A stretch of DNA of 64,000 nt from Alphaproteobacteria bacterium MarineAlpha12_Bin1. GTDB lineage: Bacteria; Pseudomonadota; Alphaproteobacteria; UBA6615. The position numbers were made by a program, and so were the translations under genes. Location: NCBI GenBank assembly GCA_002937505.1, contig PTJY01000003.1, forward strand, positions 199,898 to 263,897, read 5' to 3'. Of the stretch, positions 20,830 to 31,201 are shown in pieces. The notes beneath the pieces were generated by a model that had not been told where the DNA came from, ran no database searches, and saw only the letters and a list, made by a program, of their open reading frames with translations. Numbering within the stretch: the stretch's first letter is position 1; each line of letters begins with the position of its first letter.

Positions 20830-22278
20830 GTGTTAATTGTGGAAAGTGAAGATAAATTTCGAGATGAATGCGGAGTGTTTGGGATTTACGGCTCAAATGA
20901 TGCTGCAGCTTTGACCGCCTTAGGTCTGCACGCCCTCCAACACAGAGGACAAGAAGCCGCCGGTATAGTTTCTTACGACGGTGAAAAATTTTATTCTCAT
21001 CGTGAACTTGGGCTTGTGGGGGAAATCTTCGACGAAAAAAAAATTATTGACACTCTTCCAGGCAATTCAGCCATAGGACACGTTCGTTATTCTACTAGTG
21101 GTGGAACCGCATTACGTAACGTCCAACCATTATATGCCGACTATAGTTTTGGAGGATTAGCTTTAGCACATAATGGCAACTTAACTAACGCAAGTCTTTT
21201 GCATAGAGAATTAGTAAACAGAGGATCATTATTCCAATCAACTTCGGATACTGAAGTATTCCAACATTTAATTGCCACAAGCTCAGAAGATCGGCTACTT
21301 GATAGATTTTTAGATACATTCAAAGCAGTGGAAGGAGCCTATTCTTTGGTTGCTCTTTCTCGTCGTAAACTTATTGGAGCAAGGGATCCTTTCGGTGTAA
21401 GACCACTAGCACTAGGCGTATTGGGCGACACTTGGATTATAACATCTGAAACATGTGCGTTGGATATTATAGGTGCCGACTTTGTTAGAGATGTCGATCC
21501 AGGAGAAATCATAATAGTAGATGAAGACGGTTTACATTCACATAAACCTTTTTTGTCGGTACAAAAAAGATCTTGTATATTCGAATATATTTACTTTGCC
21601 CGCCCCGATTCTTTTGTTGACGGCAGAAATGTATATGAGGTGCGTAAGGCAATAGGAGCCGAGTTAGCTGACGAAAGTCCAATTGACGCAGACATGGTTA
21701 TACCCATACCGGATAGTGGAGTTCCAGCAGCTATAGGATTTTCTCAGAGATCCAAACTACCATTTGAACTGGGTTTAATCAGAAACCATTATGTGGGCAG
21801 GACATTTATTGAGCCGTCTGAAGAAATACGTCACTTAGGCGTAAAACTCAAACATAATGCAAATAGACAACGTCTTAAGGGGCAAAAGGTAATACTTGTT
21901 GATGATAGTATTGTTCGAGGCACAACTTCTCGAAAAATAGTGGAGATGGTCCGTCAAGCTGGAGCTAAAGAAGTTCATATGAGAATATCAAGTCCACCAA
22001 CTATAAACCCCTGCTTTTATGGTATAGATACGCCCGACCAAGAGCAACTTTTAGCCGCACAGTTTGATGTTGAAGGTATGCGTAAACAAATTCAGGCTGA
22101 CACTTTATCTTTTATATCTATAGATGGTCTTTATAAAGCTACGGGTGAGACAAATAGAAATAGTGATTTACCCCAATTTTGTGATGCTTGCTTTACAGGA
22201 GACTATCCCATTACCTTAAGTGATCAAGAAAAAGGACAAAACAACACCCAAATGTCATTTCTTTCAGGCCTAGAATAA
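20830..22278 (+). CDS. purF: Amidophosphoribosyltransferase
   Basis: ECGVFG Ntn Cys, LQHRGQE, GHVRYST, VDDSIVRGTT, Fe-S Cys (PCFYG, CDAC). Confidence 0.98.
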   Translation: MLIVESEDKFRDECGVFGIYGSNDAAALTALGLHALQHRGQEAAGIVSYDGEKFYSHRELGLVGEIFDEKKIIDTLPGNSAIGHVRYSTSGGTALRNVQPLYADYSFGGLALAHNGNLTNASLLHRELVNRGSLFQSTSDTEVFQHLIATSSEDRLLDRFLDTFKAVEGAYSLVALSRRKLIGARDPFGVRPLALGVLGDTWIITSETCALDIIGADFVRDVDPGEIIIVDEDGLHSHKPFLSVQKRSCIFEYIYFARPDSFVDGRNVYEVRKAIGAELADESPIDADMVIPIPDSGVPAAIGFSQRSKLPFELGLIRNHYVGRTFIEPSEEIRHLGVKLKHNANRQRLKGQKVILVDDSIVRGTTSRKIVEMVRQAGAKEVHMRISSPPTINPCFYGIDTPDQEQLLAAQFDVEGMRKQIQADTLSFISIDGLYKATGETNRNSDLPQFCDACFTGDYPITLSDQEKGQNNTQMSFLSGLE

Positions 22279-22286
22279 GGTTTTCT

Positions 22287-23006
22287 ATGTTGGCTTCAAC
22301 GACTGAAAAATTAGAAAATCGAATAGCCCTTATTACAGGAGCGTCACGTGGCATAGGAGCAGCCGTTGCTAAGCACTTTGCTGCCGAAGGAGCGCACGTG
22401 ATACTTATTGCCAGAACAATTGGTGGATTGGAGCGAATTGATGATGAGATTAAATCGTTAGGAGGCTCTGCTACACTGTTACCCTGTGACTTAAACGACC
22501 TAGATCGGATAGATAATATAGGACCTTCATTACTGGAACGCTTTGGAAGGCTAGATATATTGATAGGTAATGCAGCTATTTTAGGAACCATGACACCTCT
22601 TACCCATTACAAAACAAAGTCCTGGGAAGAGGTTTTTGACGTTAATGTACATGCTAATTGGCGGCTAATGAGAGTAGCCGAACCCCTACTTAAATTATCT
22701 GATGCTGGGAGAGCTATTTTTGTCACAACCTCCGCGACTAAAAACCCCAAAGCTTATTGGGGAGCGTATGCAATTACCAAATCTGCTCTTGAAACTATGA
22801 CTAAAGTTTGGGCCTCAGAATTAAACAACACTTCTGTTCGAGTTAATTTGTTGAGTCCAGGGCCAACATTAACAAAAATGAGACAAACAGCCTTTCCTGG
22901 AGAAAACCCAAGTACATTAAAAACCCCTGATACTTTAGGCCATATTTTTTTGCAATTAGCTTCACCTAACTGCGAAGCACATGGTGAACTTATTGAGTTT
23001 CAATAA
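22287..23006 (+). CDS. SDR oxidoreductase (YciK-like)
   Basis: TGASRGIG, YWGAYAITK, MRQTAFPGE; usual position downstream of purF in alphaproteobacteria. Confidence 0.85.
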   Translation: MLASTTEKLENRIALITGASRGIGAAVAKHFAAEGAHVILIARTIGGLERIDDEIKSLGGSATLLPCDLNDLDRIDNIGPSLLERFGRLDILIGNAAILGTMTPLTHYKTKSWEEVFDVNVHANWRLMRVAEPLLKLSDAGRAIFVTTSATKNPKAYWGAYAITKSALETMTKVWASELNNTSVRVNLLSPGPTLTKMRQTAFPGENPSTLKTPDTLGHIFLQLASPNCEAHGELIEFQ

Positions 23007-23010
23007 AATT

Positions 23011-24369
23011 TCAATTGTAGGGATTTCGACCTTTCCGTAGATTTAACCTTATAGGTGTACCAAACAATTCAAACTTTTGTCGTAGTGAATTTTCTAGATA
23101 ACGCAAATAACTATTAGGTAAATCCTCTGGTCGATTCCCAAATATAACGAAAGTAGGTGGACGGGCCTTAGGCTGAGTAACATAACGAAGACGGATATTT
23201 CGTTTGTTACTCGCTAATGGCGGAGGATTCCGCTCAAGAGCTTCCGAAAGCCATAAATTAAGCTCCGCCGTTGTAATTCTCTGATTCCATACCTCAAAAG
23301 ACCTCAATACTGCAGGCATAAAATTTTCAATATCCCTTCTAGTTAATGCTGATAATTTTACTATATTTGTTCCAGCGGCCTGTGAAAGAGATGTTCCCAA
23401 ACGATCATTAAGAAAATTGGTGGCCTCAGACTTATTATCAACTAAATCCCATTTATTAATAACTATGACGATTGCTCTACCTTGTTCAATTATATGTCTA
23501 GCAATTGATAAGTCTTGTTTTTCCATTAGTTGGGTGCCATCAACAACCAAGGCCACCACTTCAGCATATTGGATAGCTTTTAATGCGTCCTTCACTGAAA
23601 GCTTTTCTAGCGCTTCATTGATTCTTGACTTACGTCGTAAGCCCGCAGTATCTACCAGTGCTATATTGTAACCCTGGTAATCCCATTCGATAGTTATCGC
23701 ATCTCGAGTTACCCCGGCTTCGGGTCCTGTTAGCAATCGTTCATCTTTAATCAGCGCATTAATAAGCGTTGATTTTCCTGCATTTGGCCTGCCCACTATT
23801 GCTAAATTCAAATCACGTGAGGATACAGGTTCTGCAACCTCATTGGAGTTTAATATATTCTCTGAAGAAAATCTCTCCACAACAGAATCATAGAGGCCTT
23901 GTATGCCATTACCGTGCTCAGCAGAAACTGGTAAAGGGTTTCCAAAACCTAAACTGGAACCTTCATAATGTTCACCTAATCTACTAAAAGAGCCCTCACA
24001 TTTGTTCGCAACTAAAATTACCGGAACCGATTTTGAATGTAACCAATTAGCAAAATGCTTATCTAAAGGCGTATTTCCTGCACGCGCATCAATCACTAAG
24101 ACAACCAAATCTGCATCATTTATTGCAATTTCAGTCTGATTACGCATTCTACCTGATAGAGTATTATCAAAAACATCCTCAAGTCCCGCTGTATCAACTA
24201 AACGAAAATGAAGTTTCCCTATGCTAAATACACCTTCTCTTCGATCACGTGTCACACCTGGTTGATCGTTAACTAAAGCATCGCGGCTACCAACCATCCG
24301 ATTAAAGAGTGTTGATTTTCCAACATTTGGACGACCTGTTATGACAATTGTAGGCCACATGATACTCAC
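23011..24369 (-). CDS. der: Ribosome biogenesis GTPase Der (EngA)
   Basis: Two G domains (GRPNVGKS, GRPNAGKS), DTAG twice, KH-like C-terminus. Confidence 0.97.
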   Translation of the reverse strand: MSIMWPTIVITGRPNVGKSTLFNRMVGSRDALVNDQPGVTRDRREGVFSIGKLHFRLVDTAGLEDVFDNTLSGRMRNQTEIAINDADLVVLVIDARAGNTPLDKHFANWLHSKSVPVILVANKCEGSFSRLGEHYEGSSLGFGNPLPVSAEHGNGIQGLYDSVVERFSSENILNSNEVAEPVSSRDLNLAIVGRPNAGKSTLINALIKDERLLTGPEAGVTRDAITIEWDYQGYNIALVDTAGLRRKSRINEALEKLSVKDALKAIQYAEVVALVVDGTQLMEKQDLSIARHIIEQGRAIVIVINKWDLVDNKSEATNFLNDRLGTSLSQAAGTNIVKLSALTRRDIENFMPAVLRSFEVWNQRITTAELNLWLSEALERNPPPLASNKRNIRLRYVTQPKARPPTFVIFGNRPEDLPNSYLRYLENSLRQKFELFGTPIRLNLRKGRNPYN

Positions 24370-24379
24370 ATCTAGTATA

Positions 24380-25714
24380 TTAACGGTAAGCTATCAGCTG
24401 CGATTTGTCGGTTAAATAGAACAGTGTTCTATTAGCAATAGCAGGTGATAAAGAAGCAGGACTTTTCATTTTCTCTTTTTTTAATATCTTACCCGTGTAA
24501 GGAGATAGATATAGAACCACCCCATGGCTCCCTGAAAGAATTAATTGATCACCAGCCAAAGTAGGGCCAGACCAACTGATCCTGCCTTCTCTGTCTTTTG
24601 GATCAGAATAGAGATCTAGAGGAGTAAGCCATCTTATCTTCCCATCGTTAACCCTCACAGCGGCAACTTTTGCCTCATTGGTGAGCACAAACAAAAATTC
24701 TCCACTAATCCAAGGTTGGTTAACACCACCTAGAGACACCTCCCATATGCGCCTCCCAGTATACAAATCGATAGACATCATGCGTCCCGAATGACTTATG
24801 GCATATACTTTGCCACGATCAATCACAGGCCTTCCTCTAATATCAGCAAGCGCAGAGACCGCATCTGCACGTCTTATAGCAGCTAAGTTCTCACCCCAAA
24901 CCTTTTGTCCGTTTTCGACACGTAATGCATAAAGTTCACCTGATGAATATGGGACCACAACAATGCCATGTTTAGCTGCAGGAGTTGCACTCCCCATTAA
25001 TCCCACATGTTCTTCAAAACCAGAATGCGTCCACAAAGTCTCTCCATTTTTTGTACGAAGCGTATATAATTGATTATCTTTAGTAACTACAAACACCCTT
25101 CCATTCAAAATTGATGGAGCTGCTCTCACTGGTCCGGAAACTTTTGTTCTCCATACCTGTTTTCCACTAGTAGTATTTAGTGCGACCACCTCAGCAAATC
25201 CTCCAGCTGCTATAATCAGCCCATCATCGACAGCCAATCCACCTCCCCAACTTCCATCAGTTTCTTCCTTAGGAGAAATAAAAGCTTTCCATATAAGGCT
25301 TCCGGTAATAGAGTCGTGCGCTGAAACAAGAGAGTTTGCATCTAGCGTATAGACCTTTCCTTCGGATACTATAGGACCCGACAAAATAGGTTTATCTACC
25401 TTATGACTGCTCCCCGCATCAACAGACCATAATAAAGTCAAATTAGTGCCCACGGCTAAATGTCCCATACTATGGTGTGCTAGACCACCTTGCTGAGGCC
25501 AAGATTTATTTACTATAGGCTGAGAAAGAACAATATTCTGATCAGAAATTTCTTTATCTACTTGCGCCACCTCGCTACCTAGTAGAATTGGTATACGAAC
25601 TCCCTTAAGTGTGGCCTCTCCGTTCCTACCCAAAATATCATTTACTTGACTACAACCACTAGAAATTAAGGCTAGAATAAGAAACATACAAACACTAAAA
25701 ATTCTCCAGCTCAT
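24380..25714 (-). CDS. bamB: PQQ-like beta-propeller lipoprotein BamB
   Basis: Lipobox-like SSGC, repeated G..W propeller blades; between yfgM-like gene and der. Confidence 0.85.
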   Translation of the reverse strand: MSWRIFSVCMFLILALISSGCSQVNDILGRNGEATLKGVRIPILLGSEVAQVDKEISDQNIVLSQPIVNKSWPQQGGLAHHSMGHLAVGTNLTLLWSVDAGSSHKVDKPILSGPIVSEGKVYTLDANSLVSAHDSITGSLIWKAFISPKEETDGSWGGGLAVDDGLIIAAGGFAEVVALNTTSGKQVWRTKVSGPVRAAPSILNGRVFVVTKDNQLYTLRTKNGETLWTHSGFEEHVGLMGSATPAAKHGIVVVPYSSGELYALRVENGQKVWGENLAAIRRADAVSALADIRGRPVIDRGKVYAISHSGRMMSIDLYTGRRIWEVSLGGVNQPWISGEFLFVLTNEAKVAAVRVNDGKIRWLTPLDLYSDPKDREGRISWSGPTLAGDQLILSGSHGVVLYLSPYTGKILKKEKMKSPASLSPAIANRTLFYLTDKSQLIAYR

Positions 25715-25736
25715 CGTTTTTCCAACATTGTTAAAA

Positions 25737-26384
25737 TCATTTATTGCTAAGTATACTTATCATTTCTGTGGAACGAGCCCGTATTCCCTCTGGTGCGTCC
25801 TTATCATCGGATAGAGATTGAAATGAATTTATTGATCCTGCTTTATCTCCGGATATCATTAAGGAAATTGCCATTAGCTCCTTTGCAGTATAATGCCAGG
25901 GGTTATCAGCAGCCAGGAGCGGCGAAAGACGATCTTTTAATTCTTTTTGATCCATAGATGTCATTCCATGGCTTACCGCTAATATTGTCGCAAGATCTCT
26001 ATAGATCTGATCCTGTTCCATATCTTGGGTAATGCTATCAAAAACTTGAATAGACTTAGCTTTTTCACCAATTTTAGAGAGCAAAGCGCCCTCTCTGAGT
26101 TTTGCAAGCAAACGATAACCTTCTTTAGATTCATTACTTAGTAATGTAAATTTTTCTAAAGCTTCTTTTTCGTTCACTTCTCCTATAGCTATTGCCGCTA
26201 GTAATTCTTCTCCATTAGACTCAAGAGCACTTTTTTGCATATCACGCCAATAAACAATTCCAACTGTAATCAACATAACTATGACAAATACAGAGACAAA
26301 ATAAACGCCATATTTTTTCCAAAGATGACGATACTTATCCTGACGAACTTCTTCGTCTATTTCTCGAAACAGATCATCTGACAC
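25737..26384 (-). CDS. YfgM-like membrane-anchored TPR protein
   Basis: DLFREIDEEVRQD...WKKYG followed by a TM helix and helical repeats; GTG start. Confidence 0.85.
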   Translation of the reverse strand: MSDDLFREIDEEVRQDKYRHLWKKYGVYFVSVFVIVMLITVGIVYWRDMQKSALESNGEELLAAIAIGEVNEKEALEKFTLLSNESKEGYRLLAKLREGALLSKIGEKAKSIQVFDSITQDMEQDQIYRDLATILAVSHGMTSMDQKELKDRLSPLLAADNPWHYTAKELMAISLMISGDKAGSINSFQSLSDDKDAPEGIRARSTEMISILSNK

Positions 26385-26634
26385 TTGGTGTCCTTTTTAT
26401 TATCAATATTAATCAAAAATATAACTTCGTATTTATATTATCTATCAGTCTAATTAAAAAATCTTTATTTTCTTAAATTCTTAAATCATTAGCCTAAAAT
26501 GATCTAGTCACGGTTATTGCAATAAAAATATCAGTAGAGCATCAAATTAACAGTCTTACGCCCTAGACACATAGGAAAAAATAGGGAAAAATTTAACGCT
26601 ATATTTATATTACAACAGTTTTTCTCTAGGTGCA

Positions 26635-26982
26635 GTGCTAATGGGTTCTAATCACGGAATAAAAAATCGAAGTAAATCTTCTAGGCGTGTATCCTTTGAC
26701 CAGGGAGAGCTAAGAGTTTTACTGAATGAATATAGCAGAAGAGTAGCTGCAGGCGAATGGAGAGATTACGCAATTGATCATGGAAGAGATAGAGCTGTAT
26801 TTTCTGTTTTTCGTCACACAGCAGAACACCCTTTATACTCAATTGAAAAATTGCCTGTAAAAATCGGGAAAAGAAACAGATATGGTTTAAAGAAAGGGCC
26901 GGTCCATTTACATCAAGACACTAGTCTCACAAATTTGGTGAGCACTATTGAGCGTAGACCTCAATTAATTAGAATTGGCTAA
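26635..26982 (+). CDS. DUF2794 family protein
   Basis: YSRRVAAGEWRDYAID...AVFSVFR...PLYSIEK signature. Confidence 0.88.
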   Translation: MLMGSNHGIKNRSKSSRRVSFDQGELRVLLNEYSRRVAAGEWRDYAIDHGRDRAVFSVFRHTAEHPLYSIEKLPVKIGKRNRYGLKKGPVHLHQDTSLTNLVSTIERRPQLIRIG

Positions 26983-27000
26983 AAATTAAAAATACTACAA

Positions 27001-28155
27001 TTGAATAATTTCCTAAATTCCTACTCTGGCATCGACACGCTATTAGCAAATGAAAACCTACTTCGCCGCCTTAGGACTCTGCGCCTTGGGCTGTTAACAA
27101 ACACATCTTGTATGACAAATAAGGGCGAGGTCACTTTTAAGGCACTTCCCAAAGCATTAAAAAGCCCGTCAAGTAAAGGGCTTAATCTGCTGTTTGCTCC
27201 TGAACATGGATTTCAAACTAATTTAGAGCCCGGGGAAAAAGTAGATGATCATTTTGGAGATATTCCGATATACAGCCTTTACGGAAATTCAAAAAAACCG
27301 ACTCCAGAACAACTTTCGGAATTAGACGTACTAATTATAGATCTTAGAGATGTTGGTGTTCGATGTTATACGTACGCCGTAACAGCCGCTATATCTGCTG
27401 AAGCCGCATTAGATGAAGGAAAAGAAGTAGTAATCTGTGATCGAGAAAACCCTCTAGGCACTGAGACAAATGGCCCCCCTTTAGATCCTTTGTTGCGCTC
27501 ATTTCTGTGTTATTTTGATGTACCTTTCATACATGGGGAAACACTAGGAAACTTGGTAAAAAATTCACTAAAAAAACATCCACGCTATAAAAAACTGATT
27601 GTTTTACCTGCTGTACGAAATTTAAATGTCACATTAGAACCCTGGATAGCCCCTTCACCCTCTCTGGTGTCAGCAGAATCGGTGCAACTATATCCGGGCT
27701 TAGTTCTGCTTGAAGGAACGAACCTAAGTGAAGGGAGAGGAACACCCTACGCTTTTTCATCTGTTGGAGCACCCTGGCTAAGAGCCCATGAAACAGAATC
27801 GGTGATTAATGGCTGGTCTACTGGAATAACTGCTCATGCATTAACTATATGTCCCAAAACGGGTCAATATAAAGATGAGACATTACAAGCAGTACACCTT
27901 AAACAAACAAGAAGTAATTGCGACAGCTTTAGCTTTGGAATAAAACTTTTATCATGGATAAGAAACTCTCATAGAGAATTTAAGTGGTTACATAACAAAG
28001 ATAAAGTCAATCACCTTAGGTCAGATGGCTCTATTGAGAAGCCTATTACAGATTATAAAATAGATGTTTTACTTGGAAATAGAAGTCTGAGGGAAATGTT
28101 AGATAGGGGTATTTCACCCGAAAATATTCTTGATAGTTGGAAGTCTAGCGATTAA
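27001..28155 (+). CDS. DUF1343/NamZ-family exo-beta-N-acetylmuramidase
   Basis: GLLTN, FAPEHG, SLYG, DLRDVGVRCYTY, DRENP, PSPS, SEGRGT; adjacent to nagA and murQ. Confidence 0.85.
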   Translation: MNNFLNSYSGIDTLLANENLLRRLRTLRLGLLTNTSCMTNKGEVTFKALPKALKSPSSKGLNLLFAPEHGFQTNLEPGEKVDDHFGDIPIYSLYGNSKKPTPEQLSELDVLIIDLRDVGVRCYTYAVTAAISAEAALDEGKEVVICDRENPLGTETNGPPLDPLLRSFLCYFDVPFIHGETLGNLVKNSLKKHPRYKKLIVLPAVRNLNVTLEPWIAPSPSLVSAESVQLYPGLVLLEGTNLSEGRGTPYAFSSVGAPWLRAHETESVINGWSTGITAHALTICPKTGQYKDETLQAVHLKQTRSNCDSFSFGIKLLSWIRNSHREFKWLHNKDKVNHLRSDGSIEKPITDYKIDVLLGNRSLREMLDRGISPENILDSWKSSD

Positions 28156-29245
28156 AGACTGTGGATCCTTCAACTATAACTTCAACAACATCTAAATGCT
28201 CATTTAGAATAACAAAATCAGCAGAAGCCCCCTTTTCTAATCTACCTCTATCCTTGGCACCTATTAGATCAGCTGGTATTGTAGATAAACGTCTTGATGC
28301 CTCTTTAACATCTATTCCAATCGACAAAAGGTTTCTAAAAGCCTTATCCATAGTTAACGCGCTACCAGCGAGGATTTGATTCTCGAAAAAAACTCCGTCA
28401 CCTCGCTTAGTCACTTTATTTCTACCAAGCGTATAATCCCCATCAGGCATTCCTGCAGCTGAAGTTGCGTCGGTGACAAAGTAGAGATCCGGTAGTGACC
28501 TCAATGCTGCATGAATTGCACCCTCTTTTACATGAATTAAGTCAGGAATTAGTGCGGCTGCAGTTCCATGAGCGAGGGCTGCACCTACTACTCCCGGTTC
28601 TCGATGATGTAGAGGGCTCATTGCATTATATAAATGAGTAAACCCGCCAACCCCATCTTTAATGGCTGATTTTATTTCCTCATAACTGGCATTACTGTGC
28701 CCCACTTGAACTAGAATACCTCTAGAAACAAGCTCCTTTATTAGGATATGTCCTGGATCACATTCAGGGGCAAGCGTTACTAATTTAACATTAGCACATT
28801 TCAGCAAATCTTCTATAAACTTTAGATCTGGAGACTGAGAAAAAGGAGGCTGTGCTCCCAACATCTCCGAATTCAAGTAGGGACCCTCCATATGAACACC
28901 AAGTATACGTGCTTCATTTTTATGCCGATTTGATGAAACAGCATCTATAGCTTTTGCAGCTAAAATTATCTCTTTTTCTGGCGCGGTTATAGTGGTGGCA
29001 AGAAAGGATGTTGTTCCATGACTAGCATGTAAAGATGCGCACAATCTTAGGTCGTCCTCTCCCCGCATTACATCACCACCACCTCCTCCAGGAACGTGTA
29101 AATCAACGAAACCGGGCAATACAATTAGCCCTGAATTTTCCCGCCCTGATTCCGAAATAGAGTTTATTTTTTTATCAAACTGGATAGTTCCTTCCACCCA
29201 ACCATCCGGAGTTAGTATCTGTCCTTTAAAATTCAGCAAAGTCAA
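28145..29245 (-). CDS. nagA: N-acetylglucosamine-6-phosphate deacetylase
   Basis: PGFVDLH, HMEGP, TLAPE, GHS, THLYNAM, VTDA, LAGSALTM. Confidence 0.92.
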   Translation of the reverse strand: MTLLNFKGQILTPDGWVEGTIQFDKKINSISESGRENSGLIVLPGFVDLHVPGGGGGDVMRGEDDLRLCASLHASHGTTSFLATTITAPEKEIILAAKAIDAVSSNRHKNEARILGVHMEGPYLNSEMLGAQPPFSQSPDLKFIEDLLKCANVKLVTLAPECDPGHILIKELVSRGILVQVGHSNASYEEIKSAIKDGVGGFTHLYNAMSPLHHREPGVVGAALAHGTAAALIPDLIHVKEGAIHAALRSLPDLYFVTDATSAAGMPDGDYTLGRNKVTKRGDGVFFENQILAGSALTMDKAFRNLLSIGIDVKEASRRLSTIPADLIGAKDRGRLEKGASADFVILNEHLDVVEVIVEGSTVFNR

Positions 29246-30159
29246 ATCTCATTCCAATCTGATATTTCATTAGGAACCTTACCTTGAGCTAGAAAAAGCG
29301 CACCATTAACTGGACTCCCAATAGGCTTCTTGATATTAGCTTTTAGAGATTGGGGCAAATAAGGTGCCAAAGGCTCTGCCAGCCCCCCTAATAAAGAAAG
29401 TGGTGTTTTATTAACCTCTTGCATAACAGAGGCAAGAGATTCAATTTCCAAACCTGCTTCTGTTGATAAGTTTATAGCAAAACGATCACCTTCATTAGCA
29501 CAATCTATTACCATAGGTGCCAATGAAGCAAATTCAGTTGGACCAGCGTCGTTTAACCATTCCAAAATACCCTTTCTGTTGAGTCCACATTTTTTAATCA
29601 ACAGTCGGTGTAGTTCAGAGTCCAAATTTCCTAAATGTCCTTCTTGTGCCTTAAGTGAAAGAGATAATGCTCTCATACCAATCCAAGCCCCCCCACCTTG
29701 ATCCCCGACCGGAAAACCCCAGCCTCCGTAAATGCTTTGCTTACCAGTTTTGCTAATTGTATATCCAACTGTTCCAGTGCCAATGATTATTATTGATCCA
29801 GCTGACCCACCATGTGCACCCAGAGCAGCTATGTATGCATCCGTAACAACTTTTATGGACTTAAAGTCGTATGGTGAATCTCGATAAAATTGATTACGTA
29901 ATTTTTCGTTATTCGCCCCTGCCACTCCAATAACTAGATCAGTAGATGAAAATTGATTTATTTCTATACCTAATGTCGTATAGAGATCTTTCAGTGTTTC
30001 ACAAATTATATCCCATGGTTTTATGTGATTTATGCTGAGACTAGTGGGACCAGTAATAGTTGTTCCAAGTCGCCTCCCATGACCATCAAATAAAGCCACT
30101 TGTGTTTTACTTCCACCTCCATCAATGCAGCAATAAAAAAGATTGGCCATTAATTTCAT
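29242..30159 (-). CDS. BadF/BadG/BcrA/BcrD-family amino-sugar kinase (GlcNAc/MurNAc kinase-like)
   Basis: IDGGGSKT, TDAYIA, IGTGT, GGWGFPVGDQGGGAWIG; overlaps the nagA start. Confidence 0.85.
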   Translation of the reverse strand: MKLMANLFYCCIDGGGSKTQVALFDGHGRRLGTTITGPTSLSINHIKPWDIICETLKDLYTTLGIEINQFSSTDLVIGVAGANNEKLRNQFYRDSPYDFKSIKVVTDAYIAALGAHGGSAGSIIIIGTGTVGYTISKTGKQSIYGGWGFPVGDQGGGAWIGMRALSLSLKAQEGHLGNLDSELHRLLIKKCGLNRKGILEWLNDAGPTEFASLAPMVIDCANEGDRFAINLSTEAGLEIESLASVMQEVNKTPLSLLGGLAEPLAPYLPQSLKANIKKPIGSPVNGALFLAQGKVPNEISDWNEI

Positions 30160-30269
30160 CCAACTAAATAGTTTTCTATAAACATTAAAATCAGAAAACT
30201 TTTCGATTCGCTGATATGTTATGAAAATACTTTAACCAAAGTAAAGACAATCTCTGGACAAGAAAGCCT

Positions 30270-31166
30270 ATGAATACGGAACAAATTGATAAACGTTATG
30301 AAGACTTAGACATACGATCCAATGATGAGATCATTAAAATATTAATTAATGATCAAATAGATAAGTTCAATCTACTACTAAATTACAAGCATGATATTTC
30401 AACAGCTGCGGCTGCGTTAGCCAATCGCTTAAAAAAATCTTCAACTGGACGACTAGTATATGCTGGAGCTGGAACCTCAGGCCGACTGGGAGTTTTAGAT
30501 AGTGCCGAGCTTTTCCCCACATTTGGATGGAAAAAAGAGAGAAGTACTTTTCTTTTAGCTGGAGGGATCGAATCTTTAACAACCTCCATAGAAGGTGCAG
30601 AAGATAGAGAAGAGGAAGCTGTTCACCAAATAAAAAATATAGAAATCGATGAAAGAGACGCTCTTGTAGCCATATCTGCTAGTGGAAGCACTCCATTTAC
30701 ATTAGCAGCTTGCGATGCAGCAAGAAGATCTGGAGCTTTAACAATCTCGATAGTCAACAACAAACCTTCCCCCCTTTTTGATGCTGCTGAACACCCTATT
30801 GCCATCGAAACAGGCTCCGAACCTATAGCTGGTTCAACACGATTGAGCGCAGGCACCATACAAAAAATAGTATTAAACTCTTTATCAACGCTGACTATGA
30901 TACGCTTAAATCGTACCTATGGTGCTTACATGGTAGATGTTAAACCAACAAACAAAAAACTAAAGGAAAGAGCTGTTCGAATGATCTCAGAAATTTGCTT
31001 AGTAGATCAGAATAAAGCCCAACAATCACTCATTGACGCTAAAAACAACCCTAAACTGGCCGTCCTTATAGCTAAAGGCCTTTCAGTAGATAAGGCCAAA
31101 TATTTATTAAACTTGAGTAATGGAAATCTACGCGAAGCAATAGGTAAGAAGTTTTCTAATTCATAG
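30270..31166 (+). CDS. murQ: N-acetylmuramic acid 6-phosphate etherase
   Basis: GAGTSGRLGVLDSAEL.PTFG, EGAED, GSEPIAGSTRL.AGT.QK, MVDV..TNKKL..RA. Confidence 0.95.
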   Translation: MNTEQIDKRYEDLDIRSNDEIIKILINDQIDKFNLLLNYKHDISTAAAALANRLKKSSTGRLVYAGAGTSGRLGVLDSAELFPTFGWKKERSTFLLAGGIESLTTSIEGAEDREEEAVHQIKNIEIDERDALVAISASGSTPFTLAACDAARRSGALTISIVNNKPSPLFDAAEHPIAIETGSEPIAGSTRLSAGTIQKIVLNSLSTLTMIRLNRTYGAYMVDVKPTNKKLKERAVRMISEICLVDQNKAQQSLIDAKNNPKLAVLIAKGLSVDKAKYLLNLSNGNLREAIGKKFSNS

Positions 31167-31201
31167 TTACTTAAATTTTAGAAGAATAGGCCTATAAAAC
31201 C

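Noticed and set aside
26385-26634. Small RNA or CtrA boxes in AT-rich intergenic gaps (also 38056-38278, 44960-45244)
   Set aside because: TTAA words and short palindromes are expected by chance at this AT content; no stable structure or tRNA fold was seen.
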